From: a virus
Virus record (IMG/VR): IMGVR_UViG_3300025875_000005
Coordinates: 1 to 64,000 of that record
Length of the DNA: 64,000 bases
Reading direction: 5' to 3' (one strand)
Of the stretch, positions 47,001 to 56,014 are shown piece after piece. The notes beneath the pieces were generated by a model. It was not told the origin of the DNA. It saw only the letters and a program-made list of their open reading frames with translations, and did not search any database. A program made the position numbers and the translations under genes. Within the stretch, counting starts at the first letter, position 1. The number at the start of each line of letters is the position of its first letter.

Positions 47001-47842
47001 GTGGAAGGCATGACCAGCACGCCCACGCCTGTGTACTCGTTCCAGGGGGCTGTCACCTCAACGTAGCCACCACCGAGGTCCGTGAGGACGCACTCAGCAA
47101 GAACGTCCTGACCCTCAGTATTCGTGGAGCCGTCAGTGTTCTTCGTGAGGATGCTGTTGCGGGCGTACTTGTAGGAACTCGTGAAGGTGATGGCCCCGGT
47201 ATAGGGGTTGCCATCTGCCTTCGTGAACCGGACGATCTTGCTGGCGTACTGGGGCTTCGTAGCCGGGAGGAACTCCAGATGGTCCGGGAGAGCTACCGGA
47301 GGGAGAGCCGCAACCAGATTATGGGTGCCTCCCCGGGGATAGACCTGATTCGTACCCGTGGAGGTAACGGTATAGGTCCAGCTGGTGTTGTCGGGAAGGG
47401 CTGCCCGGAGAACCGAGAAGAGCACGGTACCAGCTGCATCCACGATGGAGCCACCACCCACGGCAGTGAGCGAGGGGTTGGCTCCCGTGGTGTTGTTTGT
47501 GGCCGAAATCATGGCCGCGCTGGGCCCGATGCTCACGTTGGGGAGGGCGTTGGCCTCCGTAGACCCGTACATCCAGAAGGCAGGGCCATCAGAGACGAAC
47601 TGGGCCCGGGGCTTGATGTCCGTGTTGGAGGTATCCGGAACCACCAAGTAGCCCACTCCCACGGTGTCCGTGGAAGGGACCGTCACCTCAACGTTGCCCC
47701 CGCCCTTATCTACGGCAGAGCATTGGGTGATGACGTTGTTCCCGTTGCTGTCTCGACCATAGCGGTAACTGGTCGAAAAGGTGATGGCCCCCGTGTAAGG
47801 CGAGCCATCCAGCTTCGTGAACGTGATTGTCTTTTTACCCAC
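44051..47842 (-). CDS. distal tail (gpM-like) protein fused to two polysaccharide-lyase-like domains and three novel repeats
   Basis: C-terminal WP..LP...IRS.TETGPGKVRRRFT..PFRW.D; two RAE(L/V)..Q.H..YWKLGFYR domains. Confidence 0.75.
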   Translation of the reverse strand: MGKKTITFTKLDGSPYTGAITFSTSYRYGRDSNGNNVITQCSAVDKGGGNVEVTVPSTDTVGVGYLVVPDTSNTDIKPRAQFVSDGPAFWMYGSTEANALPNVSIGPSAAMISATNNTTGANPSLTAVGGGSIVDAAGTVLFSVLRAALPDNTSWTYTVTSTGTNQVYPRGGTHNLVAALPPVALPDHLEFLPATKPQYASKIVRFTKADGNPYTGAITFTSSYKYARNSILTKNTDGSTNTEGQDVLAECVLTDLGGGYVEVTAPWNEYTGVGVLVMPSTGISDITPKALMVSFGPFSWIYGSTNDNGLPNVSITPSMLTITGNDLGGAENTFVVTPAGSIKNGASSSATNLFTVVRATLPTRSSWAWKVTPVGTNKLFPKSDSRDVRARIIYPPAAETKLSWSGDFRTKDFSQWGRKQFGNGSADTSILPDNIDDRLLLVKHETYSYQTPYGLLAHPKYGDVHSGGTRAELTAKKVNPDNAPGDTYFYEGDEVWVSWATKFSPDFELSSKWHVFSQAHQIGGTGSPPIAFTINDTNKVCFVVMPDYYDSINSSSEARFWTTTIRPGFWNHFLLHIKWSNNAAVGFVHLIVNGVEVVPLRMSRTMLDVACYWKLGFYRDQSVNVNQTVFHAGFNVYNSDPRETGTEIEPPATLPTGSKVVRFTKADGSPYVGKLAFSSEYRYARDSAGTNVTAQCSVVDLGGGYVQVNTPATDAVGVGYLLVPDTRITDVYPKAMMVNQGPFIWMFGTSETGGLPTKNLTPSTVTIVATNPTGASQTLPGVGAGSIVDGANTVALANVLRAALPDANSWNCVITPTGVNGITSVTPKADSRDVQTRIVYPAEHTGKLRWKGDFSSLDFSQWNAQFGDQLRVDANGDGIADTNIQILPDGVNDRLVLVKNEFYNAQATRGLKASPKQFDLHSGGTRAEVVAKSSGALGGSTGQGWFYEGDEVWISWATKFAPDYQTHSKWHVFSQAHQTLDLGNGGPMISFIVNGSTIAFSVMNGVYDKTADPSQAKFWTKTIRPGFWDHYLLHIKWSQNMAVGFVELWVNGVNVVPKRFHNNLDTDGIAYWKLGFYRSQDINVEQTVFHSNFNVYNSDPRVFTVTPGGGGGDPVDPPDEPPVDPEDPVDPPDPTVPTAPLYQIQYAFWPTGLPAPYAASKPVYAPADNSIRSSTETGPGKVRRRFTGRYEKLSFQLELKQDQLDIFQHFYWNIIQEVMPFRWIDLRTGLPCKYRFAGPPQMTYLAGYEGNGWWAVTVELETA

Positions 47843-47891
47843 GGGGTACCCTCACCTGATTTCTGCAACTGGTTGCACTCGGAGCCTACCA

Positions 47892-50800
47892 TTAACCTCG
47901 GTTGGAGCCCTTACGAGAGACGCCGAAAGTCTGGGAAACGGCCTGTCCAACGGCTCCTCCCTTGCGGATGTCTCCGGCGACCCGACCGATGATGATGTCG
48001 ATGATCTCCGTACCGTCAGAACCCTTGCGACGTTCCTGGGTAGCTTCCTGCCCAGAATTGTTGATGACGTTCACCTGAGTACCGCCACCACTCGCGTCAA
48101 CCATACCACCGCTTGCGAAGTTGCGGCGACCTGCACGAGGGGCCTGTCGAAGCCCATTGATGTTGTCGAAGAAGCCCTTGCCGTACCGGTCCACTGCCGC
48201 TGCCCGGATGACGTACTCACCATTGGAGAGGCGAGCGGCAATGCTGTCCGAGGTAGCGGTACCGGGGCCAGAAACATGGCCACCGCTAGCATACCCATTG
48301 GGGTTGATCCGGTTGTTAGGAACGTACTTCCCACTGATGTGGGGGGACTTGTTGATATTGGGTCCCGAATTCATCAAGTACCCCATACCCGCGCTGGCCA
48401 GCATACCGATAAGCTCAATCAGCTTGGCCGCTGCCAATTCAGCCGCCATCTTCTGAACCATCTCAGCAAACGAAGCCCCAATCTGCTTGAACTTCGCCAT
48501 GAGGGGGCTGAAGGCCTTAGTCATCTCATCCACGCGCTTCTTGTACTCCTCCGTACCCTTCTCAAGGCCTGCTGCCTTCACCTGCTTGAGGAACTCCGCA
48601 TCTCCAGACTGGAGACCCTTGAGGGAGAGAACTGCCTCCAGGGTACGACGCTCTTCCTCCAACTTGCGTTCAATGTCTTCCCGATTCTTCTCCACCAATT
48701 CAGCGGTAGAGCCGCTGTCCATGATCTTTGAGAGACCCTCACCCGCGAAGGTCTGGATGTTTCGCTGGGCCTGGATGGCGAACTGAGAGAGGGCAGACTC
48801 TGACTGCTTGGTCTCACGGGCGAGCTTCTTGTGCTTCTCCGTGATCTCGTCCAGGAAGCGCTGGTACTCCATGCTGCTGAGGCCTTTACCCGTCTCCTTG
48901 GCCTTCTTCTGAAGCTCTTCCAGCTGCTTCACCTCAGCCGCAAAGGCCTTGGCAAGGGGGTCCGTCCGGGTGTCCCGAGCCTCACCCATGAACTCGTTGA
49001 TGTCATCGCGAGCTTCCTTCTGCTTCTTCTTAACCTCCTCTTCCTTGGCCTTCTTCTTTGCCGCTGCTAGCTTGATAGTCGCTTCAATAGCCTCATCAAT
49101 GCGCTGATTGACGATAGCAATGGCCTCAGCCTCACCCTTGGCGAGACGCTGGCCTTCCTGCACCCGGGCATTCACCTCAGAGCGCTTCTGTTCAAGGGTC
49201 GCCAGGGCTGCATTCAATTCCCGGACTTCATCAGGGACACCCTCAGCTTCTGCGTTCTTGTCCGTAATGCTGCCTTCAAGGCCCTCAGCATCTTTCTGGA
49301 GCTTGGCAAGGCGAGCCGCGTCCTCAGCCCGACGCTTCTCAGCGGCAGCCCGGACCTTTGCAGCGGCTTCCTTCTTCTTCATAAGCTCTTCGTGGAGCTT
49401 TTCAGAAGCAATACGGGCGTCATATCGCTCGGTAAGGTCCGCGACGAGTTTGGATTCCTTTGCAATGGAGGCAGCCAAGCCCTTAGTGATGCCCTCGATT
49501 TGAACCTTGTTCCGGATGTAGAGGTCATCCTGCTCATTCAGACCCGTCATCTGGTCTTTGAGCTTGAGAATGTCGTCAGCCGCCCTCTGCCTCAGGACAG
49601 TGATGGCATTCTCAGCCTTGATCTGAGCTTCTCTGACCTGCAACTGACGCTCTTCCACCAGTTCATCGATGTCCGTTTTGTTGCCCGTGACCTTGCGGTT
49701 CGATTTTTCAATCTTGGCAAGGGCAGCTGTCTGCTCATTGAGCTTGGTGTAAGTCTCACCCGTCTTGCCCATGGTCTCCAGCTGTTGACGGTCAAGGTCC
49801 AGAATCTGCTGCTTCTGGTTTGCCTCAATCTTGGTCTGCTGAACGCGATCCAGGGCAATCTTGAGACGCTTCTCTTCAGCCACGATCTCCCGAGTTACAT
49901 CGCTAAGCTCAATGTTGGAGTCAATTCCAATGGGCCGACCATCCTTGAGGATGTCAGCACGCTTTGCTCGAAGCTCAGCCAACCGCTTGGAAGCGTCTGC
50001 GTACTCCTTCTCCACAGCATCCGTCTGTGACTTGGCGCTACTGATTGCGCCTTCAATATCGGCACCCTGAGCCGCCTTGAGCTTCTCCAGGGCCTCCGTG
50101 AGGGATTCAGTCTTGTCCTCAAGCTCAGTCGTGGCTGTGGCAAGGTAGTAGATCCCTGCCCCTGCCGCGAGGAAGACCGCTGGCCATCCGCCAATCAGGG
50201 CGAAGAGACCCTTGCCCACCTTGGAGAGAAGCCCGCCTGCCGTAGCCGCAAGGCTGACACCCTTGCTCATGGCGGTAGAGGCCACTGCTGCCTCAGCACT
50301 GGCAGCTGCCACAGCCTGGGAGGAAGCCGTAGCAGCCAAGTTGGCCGCCGCACCCTCACGGACTGCGATGTTCAGGGCCTTCTGGGCTGCAAGGCGCTCA
50401 ATCTCGATTGCAGCAAGACGCTCTTCAGCCTTGGTAAGCCCAACCGTGGAGGTCATGAGGCCACGACGTGCCTGGAGACCCCGGACTTCCTCTGCTGCCA
50501 TCTTCTGCTTCTCAAGCACCAGTGTGAGGCTTGCTGCTGCCTCTTGACGAGTCACAGCCAGAGAAGCGGCCTTCACTTCAGCCTCAGCTGCTGCTGCCTT
50601 GGCTGAATTCAGGGTGGCCTCGGTGAGGGCAACCTTGGCCGTGCGTGCTTCCAGCGTAACCCCAAGCTCAGCCCCCAGCCCCGCCACAGCCTTGGCGGTA
50701 GCCTCGTAGGCCTTGTTGGCAGCCATGCCGAACCCAACCAGGGCCGCCCCACCCAGACCGATGGTGGAGACGAATGGGGCGATGTCCTTGCCTGACTCTG

Positions 50801-51950
50801 CGATGGTGTTCAGAAGCTTTCCAAGCTCGCCAATGCCCTTGGCTGCTGCTTCTTCGAAGATGCCACCGGAGAGGGCGCTTTTGAGTCGGAAGAGAGAGGT
50901 CTCCAGCCGACCAATGCTTGCGTTGATACCCTCTGAGGCAGCCGCTACGTCCTCCTGCTTGAACGTTCCACGAAGGGCCCCAGCGATCTGAGGGGCATAC
51001 TTCTTCACGTCAAGGAGACCCTTCTCCAGCTGCTCCTGGAAGTTGAAGGTCGGGTCATCCTTGTTGGCCGCCTTCACGAGGTCGCGGAAATTCTCGTAGG
51101 CACCCGGGATGGCTTGGTCAAGCTGGAGCTTCAAGTCCTGGGTACGAACCACGCCCGCACCCATGATTTGCTCAAGGGCGTACATCGCTCGGCCTGCCCT
51201 CTGGGTATCCAGATGGAAGACCGTGATGGCTTCAGACGCCGCACGGAAGATGTCATGGCTCTCGGTCGTGGTCAGGTTCGCCGTCTTGGCAGACACGGCA
51301 AAGCCCGCGTAGGCCTGAGCGGTCTGACCGAGAGAGACACCCAACCGGTCCGAGAGGCCTGCAACGAACTCAAGCTCCTTAGCCGCGCCTGCCTGGGAAC
51401 CGGCTGCTGCCTGGAGGGTGAAGTTGATTTGCTGGACCTGCTTCTGGGTATCAATGAGGTCCATCGTTGTGCTCTTCAGAGCACTGAAGGCAAGGAAGCC
51501 TCCCGCGAAGGTCTTCACCTGATTCATCGTTGCAGAGAGGGAGGCAAGCTGTGCCTCAAGCGCAGAGGTATCCGCCGCTGCCTTCACTGCCTCTTTGCCC
51601 ACTGCCTGAAGGGCAGGAGCGGCCTTGGAAGCCGAGATCTCCGCCATGCTGATCTTGGCCTGCCCCGCGCTGGTCGCGAGCCTCTGGAGGCCAGCCACAG
51701 CCCTTCCAGCGTCGTTCCCCATCTTGGAGAAGAGGTCACCCGGATTGACCTTCTGAAGGTCGTTGAGGGAGGTCTTAACTACGTTGACCTGCTGCCCCAG
51801 AGCATCAATTCCAGAGACTGCCCCCTTGGAGCTTGAGGTCAGATCTGCAAAGAGCTTGTCGAAATCCTTGCGGGCGTCGTTGATAGCGGCCTTGGCCTGC
51901 CCGTTCTCAACCGTCAGGCGAATCTTCACATCTGGATTTTTTCCGGACAT
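47892..51950 (-). CDS. tape measure protein
   Basis: ~1350 aa Ala-rich coiled coil; N-terminal tape-measure motif; GGHVSGPGTATSDSI.ARLSNGEYV. Confidence 0.92.
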   Translation of the reverse strand: MSGKNPDVKIRLTVENGQAKAAINDARKDFDKLFADLTSSSKGAVSGIDALGQQVNVVKTSLNDLQKVNPGDLFSKMGNDAGRAVAGLQRLATSAGQAKISMAEISASKAAPALQAVGKEAVKAAADTSALEAQLASLSATMNQVKTFAGGFLAFSALKSTTMDLIDTQKQVQQINFTLQAAAGSQAGAAKELEFVAGLSDRLGVSLGQTAQAYAGFAVSAKTANLTTTESHDIFRAASEAITVFHLDTQRAGRAMYALEQIMGAGVVRTQDLKLQLDQAIPGAYENFRDLVKAANKDDPTFNFQEQLEKGLLDVKKYAPQIAGALRGTFKQEDVAAASEGINASIGRLETSLFRLKSALSGGIFEEAAAKGIGELGKLLNTIAESGKDIAPFVSTIGLGGAALVGFGMAANKAYEATAKAVAGLGAELGVTLEARTAKVALTEATLNSAKAAAAEAEVKAASLAVTRQEAAASLTLVLEKQKMAAEEVRGLQARRGLMTSTVGLTKAEERLAAIEIERLAAQKALNIAVREGAAANLAATASSQAVAAASAEAAVASTAMSKGVSLAATAGGLLSKVGKGLFALIGGWPAVFLAAGAGIYYLATATTELEDKTESLTEALEKLKAAQGADIEGAISSAKSQTDAVEKEYADASKRLAELRAKRADILKDGRPIGIDSNIELSDVTREIVAEEKRLKIALDRVQQTKIEANQKQQILDLDRQQLETMGKTGETYTKLNEQTAALAKIEKSNRKVTGNKTDIDELVEERQLQVREAQIKAENAITVLRQRAADDILKLKDQMTGLNEQDDLYIRNKVQIEGITKGLAASIAKESKLVADLTERYDARIASEKLHEELMKKKEAAAKVRAAAEKRRAEDAARLAKLQKDAEGLEGSITDKNAEAEGVPDEVRELNAALATLEQKRSEVNARVQEGQRLAKGEAEAIAIVNQRIDEAIEATIKLAAAKKKAKEEEVKKKQKEARDDINEFMGEARDTRTDPLAKAFAAEVKQLEELQKKAKETGKGLSSMEYQRFLDEITEKHKKLARETKQSESALSQFAIQAQRNIQTFAGEGLSKIMDSGSTAELVEKNREDIERKLEEERRTLEAVLSLKGLQSGDAEFLKQVKAAGLEKGTEEYKKRVDEMTKAFSPLMAKFKQIGASFAEMVQKMAAELAAAKLIELIGMLASAGMGYLMNSGPNINKSPHISGKYVPNNRINPNGYASGGHVSGPGTATSDSIAARLSNGEYVIRAAAVDRYGKGFFDNINGLRQAPRAGRRNFASGGMVDASGGGTQVNVINNSGQEATQERRKGSDGTEIIDIIIGRVAGDIRKGGAVGQAVSQTFGVSRKGSNRG

Positions 51951-51966
51951 AGCGCTCCCTTGACCG

Positions 51967-52005
51967 AAAAATAACACCCTTCCAGCCTATGTAGCTAGAA
52001 GGGTG
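51967..52005 (-). terminator. intrinsic terminator/attenuator before tape measure gene
   Basis: CACCCTTCTAGC-loop-GCTGGAAGGGTG followed by TTATTTTT. Confidence 0.7.
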
Positions 52006-52009
52006 CGGG

Positions 52010-52692
52010 TTAATCGGAATGGAGCGCCTTCTGAAACTCCTTGAATGACTTGTCTTTTGCGTGGGCCGCTACCCGAAGGAGGATCAGGGTGGAGTGAGCT
52101 TCCTCTCTGTGAAGCCCCTCTATGGCCTTCAAGAACAAAATCACTTGGCGGTAGGTGTACCCTCCGATGTCGCTGATGCTGTGTCCGTTTTGGATGAGAC
52201 GTTGGACAGAGAGACTCCAGCCTTGTCCAGCGTTCGTGCGAGGGCGACCAGCACGCTGGCTTGCGCTCTTCCGAGGGCTTTGGGAAGAGTCAGGAAGAAA
52301 AAATCGGCATTCACCACAAGCACCTTGGTGACTACCGCCGCGAACTCCTCAAACTGAAGTTCGTCCAGCTTCTCTGGAGTGCAACCAGTTGCAACCGCCA
52401 TGGCCTCGTAGAAGAGCTTCTGGTCGGACCCCATCAAGGCAGTGAGGTTGAGGTCTCCCGTCTTCTCCATGGATGCCTGGAAAGAGGGCCAGAACTTCTC
52501 TGCGAGCGGGATAAAGACCTTCAGCTGCCTCATGACCATGGGCCCGATGTGGATGGGGCCCTGGGAGGTATGCAGCGTTTCAGGGTCAGAACCGAAGATC
52601 TCCAAGCCATCCTCAGGGCGAGGCCCCCCCGATTCCTTGGGGGGACCATCCTTGAGTCGTTCCGCTTCCTCTTGCGAGATCTTCTCAGCCAT
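52010..52692 (-). CDS. tail assembly chaperone gpG (52141-52692) and gpGT via -1 frameshift (to 52010)
   Basis: Between tube and TMP; slippery T TTT TTC at 52297-52303; open -1 frame encoding W..LIQNGH..DI.GYT..Q..LFL. Confidence 0.75.
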
Positions 52693-52714
52693 TAGGAACT
52701 ACTCCTGCTGCGTA

Positions 52715-53470
52715 TTACGTGGGGATGATGATACGACCGAAGCCACCGAGTGCTGCGTCGGCCTGCTTGGTTGCATCGTACAGCGCTTCCGCCTCAAGCG
52801 TAAAGGAGGCGATTTCATCCGTCAACGCGCCGAAGTCCGAAATGGGGTCAAGGACCACCTTGTAAAGCTCGATCAAAACCGGCTTGTTGCCATCCGCCGT
52901 GTTCAGACCCTCGAAGCGCAGCCACCGCTCCTTGGACGCCTGCTGGAACATGGTCACGTTGGCGTAACCACCGTAGGTGTAGCTGACCTTGAACGGCTGC
53001 ACGAAGGCACCCGGATTCACGATCTGGAGCGACCCGTGGTCAGCCGAGGACACCACGTAGTTGGTGCCCGCCACGAGGGTTGCAGGGGTTGCCGCCGAGT
53101 CCTTGACCACCACAGCCGAGACCTTCGTGTGGTTCAGGCGAACGTAGTCACCCGTCGCGAGAGTCGTGGGGAGAACTTCGTCCACAACCGAAGCGCCCGT
53201 CACAGCCGCGTTGTTTCCATAGAACGCCATGGAAAGGTTGGCAGCGGTGAAGTCCTCAAGCGCCATGCTGAGGGTCATCTGCTTGGAGGTCTGGATGGTC
53301 GCGTCAACGAGACGCTGGCCAGACGTGGCCTCTCGGTGCTCAAGCTTCTCCACCGCGAGACCGAGGTTAAGGGACGGCACGTTACCCAGGAACTTGAAAG
53401 CTCCCGGCTTGCCCGTCACGGAATCACGCTCTGCAACAAACACCCTGCCCTGACCAGAATAGTAGCTCAT
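52715..53470 (-). CDS. major tail tube protein
   Basis: YYSGQGRV, LGNV..L, RFEGLNTADG.PVLIELY. Confidence 0.85.
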   Translation of the reverse strand: MSYYSGQGRVFVAERDSVTGKPGAFKFLGNVPSLNLGLAVEKLEHREATSGQRLVDATIQTSKQMTLSMALEDFTAANLSMAFYGNNAAVTGASVVDEVLPTTLATGDYVRLNHTKVSAVVVKDSAATPATLVAGTNYVVSSADHGSLQIVNPGAFVQPFKVSYTYGGYANVTMFQQASKERWLRFEGLNTADGNKPVLIELYKVVLDPISDFGALTDEIASFTLEAEALYDATKQADAALGGFGRIIIPT

Positions 53471-53545
53471 GGATTTGTCTCCTTGCTGCTTGGTTATTGG
53501 AGGCCAATTCGCACTGGCCTACTCATTGGTTGATGGGGGTTGGAA

Positions 53546-53836
53546 TTACTTGTTGAAGTAGGTGACCAGGAGCTTCTTGGTGGCAGTCGTTCCACCGATC
53601 CGGATGACGCCCGCCGCGTGAACCACAGCCGACCCGCTGTAGGCCCCGAAGTCAGAGATATTGAGGACCGAGACCAGATGGGCAGTGGCCAGAAGACCAG
53701 GGACAGCGATGTCCGCCCCGCCCGCCGCGCCATCCACCACCACCTGCTTCAGACCCTGAAGCTCCTTGACTGCCGTAACGAGATCCTTGCCACCTGCGCC
53801 ACCGGGACCAACAAGCTTCAGATTCTTAAGAGCCAT
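53546..53836 (-). CDS. small virion protein
   Basis: Gly/Ala-rich, GGAGG RBS, structural operon. Confidence 0.55.
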   Translation of the reverse strand: MALKNLKLVGPGGAGGKDLVTAVKELQGLKQVVVDGAAGGADIAVPGLLATAHLVSVLNISDFGAYSGSAVVHAAGVIRIGGTTATKKLLVTYFNK

Positions 53837-53899
53837 GACATACCTCCAAAAGGGAAATCTTCAGATGAGTCGCATTGTAACGGAAGCCGTGCTTCAGAC

Positions 53900-54358
53900 C
53901 TAGAGGCCCTGAGTCAATAGGACCGGCAAAGTCCATCGCTGCATCCAAACTACCACACCTTTCTTGGACATAGCGGGGGTCTCCAGAACGAACTCCCATT
54001 TATGCATGGAGGGTCCCTGGGTATCCCGGAGTGTATTCCGGATCTTATCCATGAGGGCAAGTGCCTCGGTCTTGATGGTATCCAGCTGCATTGGGATCAC
54101 ATCGGACTGGTCCTTGAAGATGAGGACCACGTTGATGGAGAGCTTGGCAGAGAGGCCATTGCGTCCAGAGGTCTTGCCCGCTTCCCCCGCGCTTCTCATG
54201 CCCTCGTAGATGACTCCTACGGCAGGAAAGGGGAAAAGCCCGGAGAAAGCAGTCAATTCATCATCCGAAAGGATGTAGAAGCTCTTGCCGCTCAACTCCG
54301 CAACTGATTGCAGCTTGGTAACGACGCTCTTGACTGCATCTTCAGCGATATTGGCCAT
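53900..54358 (-). CDS. tail terminator/completion protein
   Basis: PAVGVIY motif, position before tube gene. Confidence 0.6.
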   Translation of the reverse strand: MANIAEDAVKSVVTKLQSVAELSGKSFYILSDDELTAFSGLFPFPAVGVIYEGMRSAGEAGKTSGRNGLSAKLSINVVLIFKDQSDVIPMQLDTIKTEALALMDKIRNTLRDTQGPSMHKWEFVLETPAMSKKGVVVWMQRWTLPVLLTQGL

Positions 54359-54366
54359 GGAGGTCT

Positions 54367-54795
54367 TCAGCCCAGTAGACGGGCGATTCTTGCGTAAATG
54401 ATGCGTTCAACCATCTCAACGTCTTCCTCATTGATACCCATGTACTCGCGGCGCACCTGCCCCTCGGTCCCGTAGTTGTGCTCGTAGGCATACTCTACGT
54501 TGGTGGCAATGAACCGCTCATCCGTACCCTGCCCCGCAAGCTGGATGGAATGAAAGAGCTTGCCGGTATCGAACAGGGTTCCTCCACCCCGCCCCTCTGC
54601 TGCCCTCCGCATGGCTGCGAAGGAGGGAATCCAGGGTGTCCCATCGGCAGAGACTTGCTGGAGGAACCGGGATCGAATCTGAGAGAGGAGATAGGAGGCA
54701 GCCTCATCCAGGATGTGATTCACCTCGAAGGATTTCTCCAGGCTATCAAGCGCCTTGGAGAGGTCTATGTCCCCGCCGATTTCAATGACGAGCAT
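54367..54795 (-). CDS. virion morphogenesis / tail completion protein (Mu gpG-like)
   Basis: RF....DG.PW, L.DTG.L..SI, TNVEYA..HNYG, R.YMG. Confidence 0.85.
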   Translation of the reverse strand: MLVIEIGGDIDLSKALDSLEKSFEVNHILDEAASYLLSQIRSRFLQQVSADGTPWIPSFAAMRRAAEGRGGGTLFDTGKLFHSIQLAGQGTDERFIATNVEYAYEHNYGTEGQVRREYMGINEEDVEMVERIIYARIARLLG

Positions 54796-55388
54796 TAGAA
54801 GATGGGCTCAAGGCTAAAGCCCATTCGTCTCCGGTAGGGGGTGAGGACTGCCATCGCATGGGCCGCTGCGTAGTTGGAGGTCTCCTGAGCGGACCCCTTG
54901 TCCTTGGCCTTGATGGGCTGACTCACATGGAAGATCGCCGGGACGTATCCCAGGATGGCCTCCTTCAGAGGCTCGGGAACATCCTCTCCCGTGTCAAAGC
55001 CTGCGTCGTAGACCACCCGAACGTGGGAACCCTTGTAGGAGGCAGGGACGAAGACAAAGCCCCGGTCATAGTCGAACTGGGCCCCCAGAACCGGCTCCCC
55101 CACTTCATCCGTGCTCCCGCTGTGCGTCACAACCGGGGCAGTGTCTCGTCGAACGAAACCGTTCTTGAGCCTCAGGCGAAACATCCCATCCGGAATGATG
55201 TCCCCGGTCTTGGTCTCATCCAGGAGATAGACATGGGTATAAACGCCCCGCTCAAAGACGGTATCCAACTCAGAAGCAACCCTCAGATGCGCTGCCTTCA
55301 CGGCAGAATTGATGGCAGGAAGGGCAGCGGCAATTGAGCCAATGACCATCCGGCTTTCTACTTCCTGCGTGGTAACGAGCATCAGCAT
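54795..55388 (-). CDS. head-tail adaptor (gp6/gp15-like)
   Basis: V.Y.AGF...VPEPLKEAI, L.PYRR. Confidence 0.7.
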   Translation of the reverse strand: MLMLVTTQEVESRMVIGSIAAALPAINSAVKAAHLRVASELDTVFERGVYTHVYLLDETKTGDIIPDGMFRLRLKNGFVRRDTAPVVTHSGSTDEVGEPVLGAQFDYDRGFVFVPASYKGSHVRVVYDAGFDTGEDVPEPLKEAILGYVPAIFHVSQPIKAKDKGSAQETSNYAAAHAMAVLTPYRRRMGFSLEPIF

Positions 55389-55430
55389 GGCATCTCTCCT
55401 GAGGGTTGCTTCTGGCGTCAGTCTACCGGA

Positions 55431-55871
55431 TTAGACTTCAGCCGTATCGCCATCCAGACCCAATTCCGCCTCTTCCTCAGGGGTCGTGAGGCTGATGGAC
55501 TTGGGGTTCTCATTCAGAGGAACCTGGGTGCCCACGGGGGTCGGGGCAGGGGCTCCCTTGAAGGCTGCCCAATGCTGCTCATCCGTCACCTCGCGCTTCA
55601 CCTTCTCCTGGAAGGGTCGGAAGGCAGTGACACCATCCACATTGACCTTGAGGAACTGAAGAGCCTCATCCTTCGTGCAGCTGTACTTGATGCCCTCGAC
55701 GTAGACCACGCCCTGAAACCAGAGGCGCTTGAGGGGAGGGGCAAGCTCAATGGTCATCTGGGCAGGCTTTGCCTCGACCTTGGGCTTGGCGTCTGCCTTG
55801 GCGTCAACCGAGGGGGCAGGCTTGGTGGGGAGAACAGACTTCACGTCGGGGTTGGCAGTCTTGATGGTCAT
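55431..55871 (-). CDS. hypothetical protein
   Basis: CCAAGGAGTG RBS. Confidence 0.6.
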   Translation of the reverse strand: MTIKTANPDVKSVLPTKPAPSVDAKADAKPKVEAKPAQMTIELAPPLKRLWFQGVVYVEGIKYSCTKDEALQFLKVNVDGVTAFRPFQEKVKREVTDEQHWAAFKGAPAPTPVGTQVPLNENPKSISLTTPEEEAELGLDGDTAEV

Positions 55872-55940
55872 GCACACTCCTTGGGTATGAACTACCTGCA
55901 CTCAATTGCAGAATGCGACTCTAACCTAAGCACTAAGCAC

Positions 55941-55973
55941 AAAAAAAGAGGGCCCCCGATTAAGGAGGCCCTC
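55941..55973 (-). terminator. intrinsic terminator after major capsid gene
   Basis: GAGGGCCTCC-loop-GGGGGCCCTC followed by T7. Confidence 0.85.
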
Positions 55974-56014
55974 CGAGAGGCGTAGACGGGGGGAACTACG
56001 CCCACTCTGACAAC

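Noticed and set aside
44051-47842. Diversity-generating retroelement TR/VR pair
   Set aside because: Repeats are diverged in-frame domain duplications without evident adenine-specific differences; no reverse transcriptase in the window.
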